Assembly (NCBI RefSeq): GCF_018350175.1
Contig: NC_058373.1
Location: 113,400,001-113,464,000 of the forward strand
DNA: 64,000 nucleotides
Source of the DNA: Felis catus
Lineage: Eukaryota
Direction: 5' to 3'
Shown here: positions 51,796-64,000 of the stretch, piece after piece
How positions within the stretch are numbered: position 1 is the stretch's first letter
Layout: each line of letters starts with the position of its first letter
The notes under the pieces: model-generated
Told to the model about the DNA's origin: nothing
What the model saw: only the letters and a program-made list of their open reading frames with translations
Database searches by the model: none
Position numbers and translations under genes: made by a program

Positions 51796-54700
51796 GTCTG
51801 TGCATTCATCTTATTGCCTTATTTATTTTGTCAGGGTAGCAAGGGAGAAATGCAACAAAGTGGGGAAGCCAGTCTTCTAGTTTAGTGAGTAGTATCTCAC
51901 CCAACCAACCATAATCTTCTAATATCACATCTGAGTGCAAAATAAGATGGTTCAGTTGGGTATTTTCTCCAGTTTCTTCCAGCTCTCCGATTTTATCACA
52001 GAACATGTAACAGAAGGGATTTAAATCACACAGATGCTGATATCCCCTACAGATTAAGGTCAGAGGTAATATAGGATTTCTTTTAGTTTGATACATAGAT
52101 TTAGAAAAACCAAGCCCTCATAAACCCTTGACCAAAAATTGCAGCTGATGTCTCTCCTGGCCTCCCTTGCTCTCTTATGCTGTGTTTCCGGGCCACCTGC
52201 TCTGCTTCTCTCAAGTGCTAAAGTTCAGCAAGAAGAGGCAGGTGCAGATGTGCCCCATCTGTCAGCTAATTGACACAGGAAATCATATTATTGGTTCTAG
52301 TTTTAAAGCATCCAAAGGGCCTCTGGATGACAAAAATACCCTTTCCTTCCATAGCAAGGAGACTTTTCAAAAAACCTTTTTATTCCTTAGATTTTCAAGT
52401 AGATAAAAATGTAACAAGTAGTATGAATCACCATGTACCTACCCATCATCCAGCTTCAACAGTAACTTTTGCCAATCTTTGTCTATTTCCTCCATGACCT
52501 TTTTTTCTGGAGGTGACATGGAATATTCTCAAGCACATTCCAGACATTGTACATTCGCCCATAAATAATGTGCATATCCAAATAAGAACCTTTGTTTTTT
52601 ACAAAACCACAATGCCATTTTCACTCCTGAGAACATTAATAATTTTTGAATGTAAGTTAATTCTTGGAGTTCAAGTTTCCCTCGTTGTCTCACAAATGTC
52701 TTCTTACAGTTGGTTTGTGCAAATCAGGGAAAGAGAAACGGTCCTGAAAAAAAGAGGAAGCTTTTCTTTCCTGAAGCCCCAGCAAATCTCCTTGTGCCTC
52801 ATTGGCCTGAATGGATACTACAGATGGGCTATGTTAATTGGCTTAAGTCAGTCATTATCCACACCTGATCTGGGGGCCATCCCGCCATCCCCACCCAGTG
52901 GGGAAGAATAGTAGCTAACATACAGCACTTACATTAATTAGGATTAGCTGCCCTCACACGAACTCTCTATTTTTATCTCCATTTTACTGATGAAGCACAG
53001 AGAAGTTAAGTAGTTGGCCAAAGTTCATACAGCTGATAATTGGTGGAATGGACCTCCCATAGTCTGACTCCAGGATCTGCTCTCTTAATTGCTACACTGT
53101 ATTGCTTCCCACGTGGGGGAAGCAAAAAATTCCAAGGAAAAATCTGGGAACATGAAGGGGCAAAGGGGTGGGTGGGGGGATAGTACTAGGGAAGCAACCA
53201 ATATATGCTTGCTATTGGGACCTACAGTCTGTGCTCATAGGCTGTTGGGTCTAATGAAAAGCCTGGTGAAGACTGGAGGGGAAAAAAGAGAGGAAAAAAA
53301 CAAAACAAAACAGCCAAAGGTCACGCAAGGGTAGGAGGCAAGGCTGGTGAAGAGCATTGCAGGGCATGGATGATCCTGGATGTCTCTTCTGGGCTGCAGG
53401 AACAAGCATAAACCAAAAAGCAGGAGTGTGGGCTGTGGAAGGCAAGCGTGCAGAGCTGCTCTCTGCACAGTAAGGAGAACAAGCAGACAATGGGTATGAG
53501 AGCAAGGACCTGTGTGCTAGTTTAAGCACTAATAAGCATTGGCACATTGAAGCAAGAGGGGTGGGCTTGGGGTGGGACACTTACGCACTTCAGAGGGGGC
53601 TGGCTGTAGGTAGAAGAAACAAAACCAGGTATGAGCTACAAAGAGTTGGTTCCAATTACCACATCTAGGCAACACTGGTATTGGTGGTACACGGTTCGTG
53701 AGTAAACCCGCTCCCAAGGCTGGGTTCCTCCACTATCACTCATTCAAGTATAGCCATTTTTATTAAATTGGAGTCTTCTATCTGTAGGACATCTTTTTCA
53801 GAGAGACAATGCTAACACATTCAAAAGATTGTTCCTAAAAATACACGGAATCTTTACATTATGTGTGTTGGGAATCCTTTGGGCTATTACATTTTATGAA
53901 CTTTTCATGTTTGCCAGGTTACTTGCTAGTATGATTGGCTTGATGAAGGTTACACTACTCTTGATTTGTGTCAAATATCTGAAATCTGAAAAACCTCTTT
54001 GTACATTTTCTAAGATACTCAGAGACCATGGGGCCAATTGGGGGGGGGGGCAAGGGGGCTTTTAGCCTCAATCTGGAGTACAGAGGTTGGGTATTGGTAC
54101 TCTAACAGCAAGGGAGCAGAACCTAGAACTCAAGGCAAGACAGGCAGCTTGAATATAAGATCCTCAGGGTCTAATGGTAGGAGGAACCTGGGTGAGCTGG
54201 GGAGACAGATGAAAGCAATTTGCATGAGAATCTGGCACCCAAAAGGAAAGGACTTTGCTCCCCTCAAGCCTAATGGCCTTAGGAACTTTGGGGGCTGAGG
54301 GCTGACCTTAAGGTCATGGTGTCTGGTGGAGAAATTCTTCCTCTTAACTTTTGGACTTGGGGACAAGGGGGGGGGCATTCCCTGCATTGTTATCTAACCC
54401 TGGTCTCTGGAAAACATGGAAATTGCTCCAATGCAACTTCCCTAATTATAACCTCCATACTATCCCTTTCTTCCTGAAGAATGACTCTACTTGAAATGTG
54501 CATTATTTCCTGCCATCCTTGGCATGTGGCACAGCTCTCAGCCAGCTCAAAGTGGCAGAGGGCTCAGGGCAGTTGCTCCTAACCACTACACTGCCTCTCA
54601 CTTAAAGAAACCTGTGAAGTGTTATTTGGTCAGGGAAAATATTTTCAATCTGAAGTTTTCTATCCTATTTCAGATAGTTGGATGCATTTGTGCCTAACAC

Positions 54701-56526
54701 CAAATATATGAGAACTGAACAGCAAAGAATGCTAAAAATGAGGGAAAAAATTAGGTGTGTATATTGATTTACATGTTGTTGGTATTTTCATAATATAAAA
54801 CAATAGTTGTTCCCCTTGTTTGGATCCAGACTCAACCATTTCTCGTGGCCTTCAGGCGCTCCTGTGAGACACAACCTCTCTCAGCCCTACTTCTCTGTAA
54901 CTGCCATGTGCTCAGACTTCATCGTGCCTCCGTATAGGTTCCTGCTCAACACCAGCTTTGTCTAGTCTGTTCAACCTGGACAAGGAACAAGTGCCAGCCC
55001 TGGCCTCCTGTCATCTTTTTAGAAAGACTTGTCCCAAGTTACCAACCAAGCAAGGGAAAGGCCCTGGCCCAGCACAAACAACACTGGGAGTGGATGGGTT
55101 ATCATCATTCAACCTCCACTTCTCAGTTTCTCCCATGACCACAGAGGCCATTTTCCTTCCACTTTACTCATGCTATGGATATGCCTTCCTGCCTGGCAGA
55201 GTGCCCCTCAGGATACGGGCGACAAGATCCTGTGGAGGAGGACTCAGGGATTACAGTCATCCTGGACTTCTCTGCCCTGAGGTGCTTCTCTAGCTGCTCC
55301 AGGCCCACTGCCTTCATGATCCTGGCTTCTGTTATGCTTGGAAACCCTTACCTAGCCTAGCCCAGGTGTGGAAAATTTTTCCCTTTGACTCAACTGAGAC
55401 TGGCCTAAATTTCGTAAAGACGAAACTTGTCTGGGAAACTAGAGGAAAAGGAAACCGAAGAAACATAAAAGTCAAGAAGCAAACAGTTCTAGGGCACAGA
55501 TGACCTAAGTGATGACTAGCTGTCACAGATTTTGGCTGACACCTAGCCCTTGTCCAACTCAGCTCTGTACTCTGTGTTGCTATGCCTCTGAGCCTTGGCA
55601 GACACACCGTGTGTATTTGGCCTGTTTTGGTTACAAGCTAGACGTCCATTTTGAGCAAGCTTAAGCCAAAAAGCAGAATAGTTTGCTCATAAATTCAAGG
55701 AAGGGTTGGATATGAATAGTGGGAAAGGGCAGGGATGAATCTCAGAAATAACCAGAACTCAAGCATCAAGCATCACCATGCCTCCTTCTCTACAATATTT
55801 GCTTTTCTTTGGATGTGGACTTCACTTCAGAGTTAAGTGGCAAGAAGCTTGACTGTTGAAAACTGTCAAGCCTCACACCTCGTGGAGTCCATCATTAAAG
55901 AGACACTGCAGCAATTTTCTATATTTCGTATTAAAAGAACCCCAGGTTTGGCAGGGGTCAGATGCTCACACATAGTATTTAGCTATGGTAAGGGGGAAGA
56001 GTCATGTAAGGATGTGACAAATGTAGAGGTGGCATTTCACACTAATGAGAAAAACATGGACTGTTCAATAATGTTAGACAAATAACTATCTAAATGAAAA
56101 CATAAGGTTAGATTCTCTATTTCATGCCACTCAAAAAAAAAAAAAAAGCAAAAATATTAGAAGAAAATGTAGGAGAATATCTTTAAGCCCTTAGAATAGG
56201 GAAGGCCTTTTTAAGACATGAAAAGCAAAATGCATATGGGAAACGAGGGATACATCTAAAACACACACCAGATGGGGCGCCTGGGTGGCTCAGTCTGTTA
56301 GGCATCGACTTCAGCTCAGGTCATGATCTCATGGTTTATGAGTTTGAGCCCCACATTGGGCTCTCTGCTGTCAGCACAGAGGGCCGCTTCCGATCCTCTG
56401 TGTCCCTCTCTCTCTGCCTCTCCCTGGTTTATGCTCTCTCTCAAAAATAAACATTTAAAATAAATAAATAATAAAAAAATAACACACCAGAAATAACGTT
56501 AAAACTCAAGTGATATTGGTAAACAT

Positions 56527-56970
56527 GTGTAATGCAGGCCAGGTATACTGGGAAATAGGCTTTGAGATGGACATTAGCACACAGGGAGCTTGCTGGGAGT
56601 ATTCTTGGGAACAATAACCATGGGGTGTAATGGAAACAGGGTTGGGCAGAGGGTGGAGTGGAACAGTGGTGCAGTCACAACAAAGGCTTAGACGATCCTA
56701 AACCCACAGGGGGCTCTGGAACTGAGTTATCTTGGATTGAGGAAAGAAGGGTGGCCTTTATAGACCCACACTGCCCAGTTACTGGATGTGGACAGCTTCC
56801 AGGGAGGGGACATAACCTGGGCAAGGTGGCTCTTTCTGATGAGGGTAAGTTCTAGAGAGAGAGAGACTCAGCTGAGAGCTGTTAGCTGCCAACACTCTCA
56901 GCATCTGGGGAATAGGTGTTTCATTTCTGAAGTGGGGAATCTGGTTGGCATGCCACAGCATCTGCTGCAG
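56527..56970 (-). mobile_element. ERVL-type solo LTR (LTR16/LTR33-like) within old L1 fragments
   Basis: gccaacactctcagcatctgggg...ccacagcatctgctgca end motif. Confidence 0.55.
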
Positions 56971-57084
56971 TGACAGATGTATATCAGATACAAAAATGGT
57001 AGCCATATTATATAAAGAACTTTTACTTCTCAATAAGAACAAGATAGAATACCTGACTGAGTACTTTCAAAAGATATAAACAGG

Positions 57085-57730
57085 AGGGGGGCACCTGGCT
57101 GGTTCAGTCAGTAGAGCATATGACTCTTGATGTTGACGTCATGAGTTCAAGCCCACATTTGGCATAGAGATTACTTAAAAAAAAAATAAAAGAAATGCAT
57201 TTAAAAAAAGATATAAGCAAGGGGCACCCTGGGTGGCTCAATTGGTTAAGCGTCCAACTTTGGCTCAGGTCATGATCTCACAGTTTGTGAGTTCGAGCCT
57301 GGTGTCAGGCTCTATGCTGACAGTTCAGAGCCTGGAGCCTGCTTCGGATTTTCTGTGTCTCCTTCTCTCTCTGCCCCTCCCCCACTTGTGCTCTGTCTCT
57401 CTCTGTCTCTCAAAAATAAATAAATGTAAAAAAAAAATTAAAAAAAAAAAGATAGAAGCAGGAAATTCACAGAAGAAATAAAAATGGCCAGGGGCGCTGG
57501 GGTGGCTCAGTTGGTTAAGCATCTGCCTTTGGCTCAGGTCATGATCTCACAGTTTGTGGGTTTTCACAGTCTGTGAGATCTCACAGTCTGTGCTGACAGC
57601 TCAGAGCCTGGAGTCTGCTTCAGATTCTGTGTCTCATCTCTCTCTCTCTCTGCCCTGCCCTGCTCGTGCTCTGTCTGTCTCTGTCTCTCAAAAATGAATA
57701 AATGTTAAAAAAAGACATTAAAAAAAAAAG
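57085..57730 (+). mobile_element. Three clustered CAN-SINEs
   Basis: Heads at about 57085, 57221 and 57491; repeated aaaagatataa(a/g)ca target sequence; TSD aagaaataaaaatggcca. Confidence 0.85.
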
Positions 57731-58404
57731 AAATAAAAATGGCCAATGTATCTTAGTAGTTATCAGGGAACTACAAATTAAAACAATAACAGTATCATTT
57801 TTCAATAGATTGTCAAAAAGCACAGAGCTTAGCAAATGTTGATAAAAGTCTAGGAAATAGGTATTTTTATATACTGCTGATATGAGTGGAAGAAATGGTG
57901 AAGCCACTTCTACTCAGAAAATTCTGCTTCTTAGTATCTATAGTAACATTAGTGTATATATGCAAAGAGGCATTTTTTTTGTACTAGCAAAAAGTTGGAA
58001 ACAATCTAAGTGTCCAATTGGGGAAAATTAATCTTTGATATAATCATACAATGGAGTATTAGTATACTTGCTTTTGGGATAACTACTCCAAAAATAATTA
58101 TATTAAAAATTATACACACACATATATACATACAGATATGAGTTATTGGCTACATTGGTGAATAGGAGAATGATGAATGTGTGCAGGTGATAAGATTTAT
58201 ATTTAAAGATTACACACATATAACAAGATACCATATATTTTCTGTGGGTGCATATGTAAGTTTGTAAAAGCACAGAAAAAGGTCTAAAATCATATCTAAT
58301 GAATACAAAAGAGGTTGCCCCTGGGAAGGATTGATAGAACATACATTTCATTAAAAACAAAACAAAACAAAACAGAATATTTTACTTGGAAATTAGAAAT
58401 TAAT

Positions 58405-59408
58405 GATTTCCTGCTGGTGGGAATGCAAATTAGTACAGCAGAGTATGGAGTTCCTGAAAAACTTAAAAATAGAACTACCAAAAAACAAAACAAAACGAAC
58501 TGCTATATAATCCAGCAATTCTACTTCTGAGTATTTATGTGAAAACAGAAACACTCATTCAAAATGGTATATGCACCCCTATGTTCATTGCAAGATTATT
58601 TACAATAGCCAAGACACGGAAGCAACCCAAGTGTCCACAGATAGATGAATGAATAAAGAGGTGGTGTATACATACATAGTGGACTATTACTCAGCTATAA
58701 AAAGAATGAAATGTTGCCATCTGTGACAACACTGACAGACCTGGAGGATATTATGCTAAGTAAAATAAGTCAGAGAAAGATAAATACCGTATGATTTTGC
58801 TTGTATGTGCAAACTAAAAAACAAAATAAATAAACTAACAAAACAGAAACAGACTCAGATGGGGCGCCTGGGTGGCTCAATCGGTTAAATGTCCAATTTC
58901 AGCTCAGGTCATGATCTCACAGTTTGTGGGTTCGAGCCCCGTGTCAGGCTCTGTGCTGACAGCTCAGAGCCTGGACCCTGCTTCGGATTCTGTCTCCCTC
59001 TCTTTCTGTCCCTCCCCCTCTCTCTGTCCCTCCCTTGCTTGTGCTATCTCTTTCTCTCTCAAAAATAGACATAAAAAAATTAAAAAAAAAAGAAAAAAAA
59101 GAAACAGACTCAGGTACAGAGAACTATCTAGTGGTTACCAGAAGGAGGTGGGCAGGTGGGGGGGAAGATGAGTGAAATAGGTGAAAGAGATAAAAAAGCA
59201 AAAACTTCCAGTTATAAAACAAATAAACAATGAGGATTTAACGTACAGCATAGGGAATATAGTCAATAATATGTAACAACTTTGTATGGTGGCAGATGGT
59301 AGCTATCCTTATCACCGTGACCACTTCTTAATGTATATAAATGTTGAATCACTGTTGCACACTTGAAAATAATATTACACGTCAACTATACACTAATGAG
59401 TAAAAATT
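58405..59408 (+). mobile_element. LINE-1 3' end with a nested SINE (58861-59100)
   Basis: caatagccaagacacggaagcaacccaagtgtcc...; SINE TSD aaacagactcag. Confidence 0.8.
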
Positions 59409-59509
59409 AATACTTTCAGTAGACACTGTGGGCTGCCACTGTGTCTGTGACTGGTGTTGACTGATTAACTCATTGTGGTGTTCTCAACCCTAGGTGTATT
59501 TAAAATATT

Positions 59510-59735
59510 TTTTAAATTATTTTTTTAATGTTTATTTTTGAAAGACAGAGAGACAGAGAGACAGAGAGCAAGTGGGGGAGGGGCAGAGAAAGAGGGAGAC
59601 AGAATCTGAAGCAGGCTCCAGGCTCTGAGCTGTCAGCACAGAGCCCGAGGCGGGGCTCGAACCCACAGATGGTGAGATCATGACCTGAGCCAAAGTTGGA
59701 CACTCAACCTACTGAGTCACCCAGGCTAGGCGCCC
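59510..59735 (-). mobile_element. CAN-SINE
   Basis: TSD caaccctaggtgtattt. Confidence 0.88.
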
Positions 59736-61829
59736 AACCCTAGGTGTATTTTAAAACATAAAATGCCAATGCCTAGGTCTTACCTCAGAGATTCATATTT
59801 AATTGTTGTATTCTTGGGCAAAGGTCCTTGGACTGCTGGTCCAAGGCAATCATGGTGATCACAATTCCTTTGGAAGTAATTAGTTATGGAAAAGGCATGT
59901 GACTCAATCATGGCCCATGGGATATGGAAGGATACTTATTGGTAACTTCTGGTAGAGGCTTCCACATTGACCAAAAAGTGAGACACAGGAAGAAATTTTT
60001 TGTCTTCTATTGGATGTTGTCATGGCTGAATATGATATCTGAACCCACTGCAATTATCTTGAGTCACGAGTGGAGCTGAGGTGGTCCAAAGACTAAGCTC
60101 ACATGCTGAGAATGGTAGAGGGAAAGGTGGAAAGGACCTGGGGTGCTGATGATAAATTAGTGAGTCACGGAATTAACCAAGTCTGGAACTATCCTCCCTT
60201 GTGACTTATTGTTATAGGACACAACAAATGGTCTTTATTGTTGAAATCGATGTCCTGATACAACATTATTGTGTTGGGCCATATAAAAATGCTAATGTTC
60301 TGCCAGTTTTTCCTTTTTTTTTTTTTTTTAGAAGGCTTTGTGCCCAGTGTGGAGCCCAGTGTGGGGCTTGAGCTCACAACCCTGAGATCGAAACCTGAGC
60401 TGAGATCAAGGGTTGGATGCTTAAATGGTTGAGCTCATCAAGGTGCCCCAAATTCTGTCATTTTTTACATACATTCCCCCCATCATTACTCCTGACCTAA
60501 GGCAGATGTCTTCCTGACCTACTTTCATCGCCTCCAATTTCCTTACCGGTAAAGTGACATTTTGACTCTGCTTTCAGTATATTTTTCTCCACTCCACAGA
60601 TCTGTCATTTTTCACTAACTTCAGTCTCAACAAGGTTAATTAATCTAACATCCTAGTACAGAGTCTCAGTAGTTGTGGCTATAATACTTTCACAGGTGTT
60701 TATCCAAGTTTTAGTTTGTGTATAATCTATTTTTTCTACATATGGATATATGATATCTCTTAACCAAAACAATCAGCTGAGATGATCAAAGAACATGACG
60801 TACAACTTGTTCTGATAGGAGGAGTAGATTAACTGCTGTAACAAACAATGCTAATCTTTACTGGATTAATACAATAAAAACTTATTTCTTATTCATTTCA
60901 CAGTCCAATGGGGTGAAAGTGAGGGGTGGCTCTGCTCCACGTGGCTTTCATCTCAATAAAATCACTAATTATGTTGTTGTAATCATCCAATATTTTATGT
61001 TCTAGTGGAAGTTATTATTAGTTACCTAAAGAATTTAAAAAATACAAAATGTAATTGTATTTAAAATCAATGCAATTTAAATATGCTTTCATAAAAATGT
61101 AAATTAAAGAAATGCAAAAATAAAAATTACTTTAAATGTCTTACGTTATTTTCTTCTAGAATATTTAAATTATGTACCAAAATTAAAGGGCAAAATACAG
61201 TATAGCTATGAATATCAACATTTTAAATAAAGTTTATTTAAGTAAAGCTAAATCTTTAAGCTTTTGAAAATTTAATTCTATGCTTCGGATTCTTTGTCTC
61301 CCTCTCTGTCCCTTCCCCATTCTCACTCTGTCTCTTTCTCAAAAATAAATAAACGTTAAAAAAAATTTTTTTTTAAAGAAAATTTAATTCTATGAATTTT
61401 TATAAAAATAAAACTATTCAAGATTCTGGGGCACCTGGTTCAGTGGAGTAAGTGTCCAACTTTGGCTCAGATTATGATCTCACAATTCATAAGTTGGAGC
61501 CCTGCATTGGGCTCTCTGCTGTCAGCACGGGGCCCACTTTAGATCCTCTGTCCCCCTCTCACTCCACCTCTTTCCTGCTCATTCCCTCTCTTTCTCTCAA
61601 AACAAACTAAAACAAAAGAAAACAAAACACTATTCAATGTCCATTTTGTTGCCAGTGTAAACAATGGATATTATACTTCATTCTTGTTTCCTCTACACCC
61701 ACACATCTATCAATTTAAAGGTAAAATGAATTGTTTATTTAGCTTCCAGATACAAGTGTTGCAAACATACACACACTGGAATATGAAGAGATAAGAAAAA
61801 ATACACTCAGCACTACTGAAAATGATACC

Positions 61830-62548
61830 CATTTTTTAAATGTTTATTCATTTTGGAAAGAGAGACAGAGGAAGAGAGACAGAAAGATAGAGAGTGGGGG
61901 AGGGGCAGACAGAGATGGAGACACAGAGCTCAAAGCAAACTCCATGCTGTCAGCGCAGACCCAGACCCGGGCTTGAACTCACAAACTGTGAGATCATGAC
62001 CTAAGCCAAAGCCGAAGTTGGATGCTTAACCAACTGAGCCACCCAGGCACCCCAATACCCATTTTAATGCAAGCATCTCTAATACTCATGCTGAGAAACA
62101 ATGTGCCCAATTGGCCTTTATTGTCCCCAGTTGCTTCCTCTGTTCAAATCCTTCCCGAACTCTGAAGCAGCCATGACTTGTTTCCCTGGGGGCTTTTATA
62201 GTGTTCAGCACGAGAGCTTATCTTGAGGGTGTCAAGTTGTGTTAAGTCTGAACTAAGCACCAGAGCCCAAGTAACAGAGATGTCTATACATTCAGAAATA
62301 AATTTACTGCTTTTTAAAAATTTTATTATTATTTTTTTAATGTTTATTTATTTTTGAGAGACAGAGAGAGACAGAGCACAAGTGGGGAAGGAGCAGAGAG
62401 AGAGGGAGAGACAGAATCCAAAGCAGGTTCCAGGCTCTGAGCTGTCAGCACAGAGCCTGACGAGGGGCTTCAACTCATGAACCGCGAGATTAAGACCTGA
62501 GCCGAAGTTGGTGCTTATGCTTAACTGACTGAGCCACCCAGGCGCCCC
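61830..62548 (-). mobile_element. Two CAN-SINEs (61830-62053, 62315-62548)
   Basis: TSDs atacccatttt and ataaatttactgctttt. Confidence 0.85.
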
Positions 62549-62929
62549 ATAAATTTACTGCTTTTATGTGCGTTTTTGTGAAATGTAGGGCTTTTAAAAG
62601 TGCGTGACTGAGAAGAAGCCCTTCTTGCCGGGGTCTAAGGGCACTACTGTTCACATAGCTCTGAGATGGGCACTGGCAGTCCAGCTCTGGGAATTCTCAA
62701 AAAAGAGGCCCCTTTCATATGCCAGGGCCCCTGTCTACCATAGAGGTTTAATTTCAATCTGGCATGAAAGAAAGATCGAGTGTTTACTGAACATATGAGA
62801 CGTTTGCCTCATAAAGTGTTTGAGAGAGTGTGATCAGACAGGACGTAACTAACTCAGATAGCGTCGTGATACTGTAGGAGGGTAATCATCGTGGGTGCCT
62901 ATGGGTTGCCCAAAGCACCAGTGTTTCAA

Positions 62930-63870
62930 AGTGTGCTGTATGTCCATGCAGATTCAGTTTCTTGACTTCCTCAGCTCTGATCTTTTCCACTCCTCTTTAG
63001 TCTCCCTTTCTCATGACAAGGACCACACCTGGACACCTTGTCAACACATGAACTTGCCGCTCCTCTGATAGGTTACCTTCCAACATCCCAACCACAACTT
63101 CCTTCTCCAGTTCCCCTTGCCAATTCCCCTGTCCCATTATCACACCAATCTGGCAAAAGCCAAGCCTGGAAGAATCCAACTCTCCAATTTCTATATGCTA
63201 CTGGAGGACATCACTCAACCTGGCAGGACCACCAGATCATCAATTGCTGGTCATCAGTGCCAGCTGACTTCAGTGCTACCTGATCACTTGTTCCCCCACA
63301 GTAAAGGATGGATCCATGGAAGCTTAGACAACTTGTGGGACCACCTTCAAGAAGAGAATACAAAATTACAGACACAAAATTTGGTACAAAAATGGATGTT
63401 GATTTAGAATGAGAAAAAAAGGGAAAAAAACCCCAACAAACCCAAACCATGAGCCACGGGAATTTAAGGTCCTCTGAGATCTCTTTAGGCAATTTACTAG
63501 CAATACTCGCATAAAAATGCTAACAGAAACCTGTCCCTCTACCCCCTAGCCCACAATACAACTCTCAGTGACTCCTTTACTCACAGAGGCCCACATAAGC
63601 TTCAAAAACGTCACAGTATACTGCCTCTGAGCTTACAACACACACATAGTTCATGTCTTCTCTAACTTCTCAAGTTACTCAACCCACCAGCAAACCTGAG
63701 CTCTTAACAGGTGATTTTTCCTCTGACTTCATAGAGAACATGGAAGCCATTAGTCATAAACTCCCTCCTTCTGCTACCAAACCAGCAAACTTATCTGTAT
63801 CCCACTCATATTTTTTTCCTTTCCACCTTCTACAGCAGAAGAGGTGTCTCTCCATCCATTTAAAAATCTT
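62930..63870 (+). mobile_element. LINE-2 ORF2 fragments
   Basis: gcaaaagccaagcctggaagaatccaactctcc and acttcatagagaacatggaagccattag are L2-like. Confidence 0.55.
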
Positions 63871-64000
63871 CATATTGTGATTTTTAAAAAATTTTATTTG
63901 AGAGCAAAGAGAGCATTCGAGTGAGCAGAGGAGGAGCAGAGAGAGAGAGAGAGGGAGAGAGAGAGACTCTTAAGCAGGCTCCACGCTCAGCATGGTGCCC

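Noticed and set aside
52000..64000. ZFYVE26 coding exons expected by synteny
   Set aside because: No recognisable ZFYVE26 peptide in the window; the gene probably ends beyond position 64000.

Overview
Mammalian genomic DNA, almost certainly from a cat-family (Felidae) genome given dense CAN-SINE/SINEC_Fc-type tRNA-derived SINEs. The window holds the VTI1B-RDH11-RDH12 cluster. It contains VTI1B coding exon 1 and its CpG-island promoter (minus strand, ATG at 10652), the complete RDH11 gene (minus, 7 coding exons, 14261-30634, 316 aa) and the complete RDH12 coding region (plus, 7 coding exons, 42611-51067, 316 aa). RDH11 and RDH12 lie head-to-head about 12 kb apart. The rest is mostly interspersed repeats (Tigger1, L1, L2, MIR, MER5A/20/58, LTRs, roughly 45 SINEs, microsatellites). 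I found no wholly new protein system. The best leads are regulatory or RNA-level: a 26-bp promoter element shared by the two RDH paralogs, a GC-AG intron shared by both, a chain of three uORFs before VTI1B, a candidate poison exon in RDH11, a candidate spliced minus-strand transcript downstream of RDH12, and several unusual retrotransposition scars. Repeat family names come from my recognition of the sequences, not a database search, and repeat boundaries are approximate.
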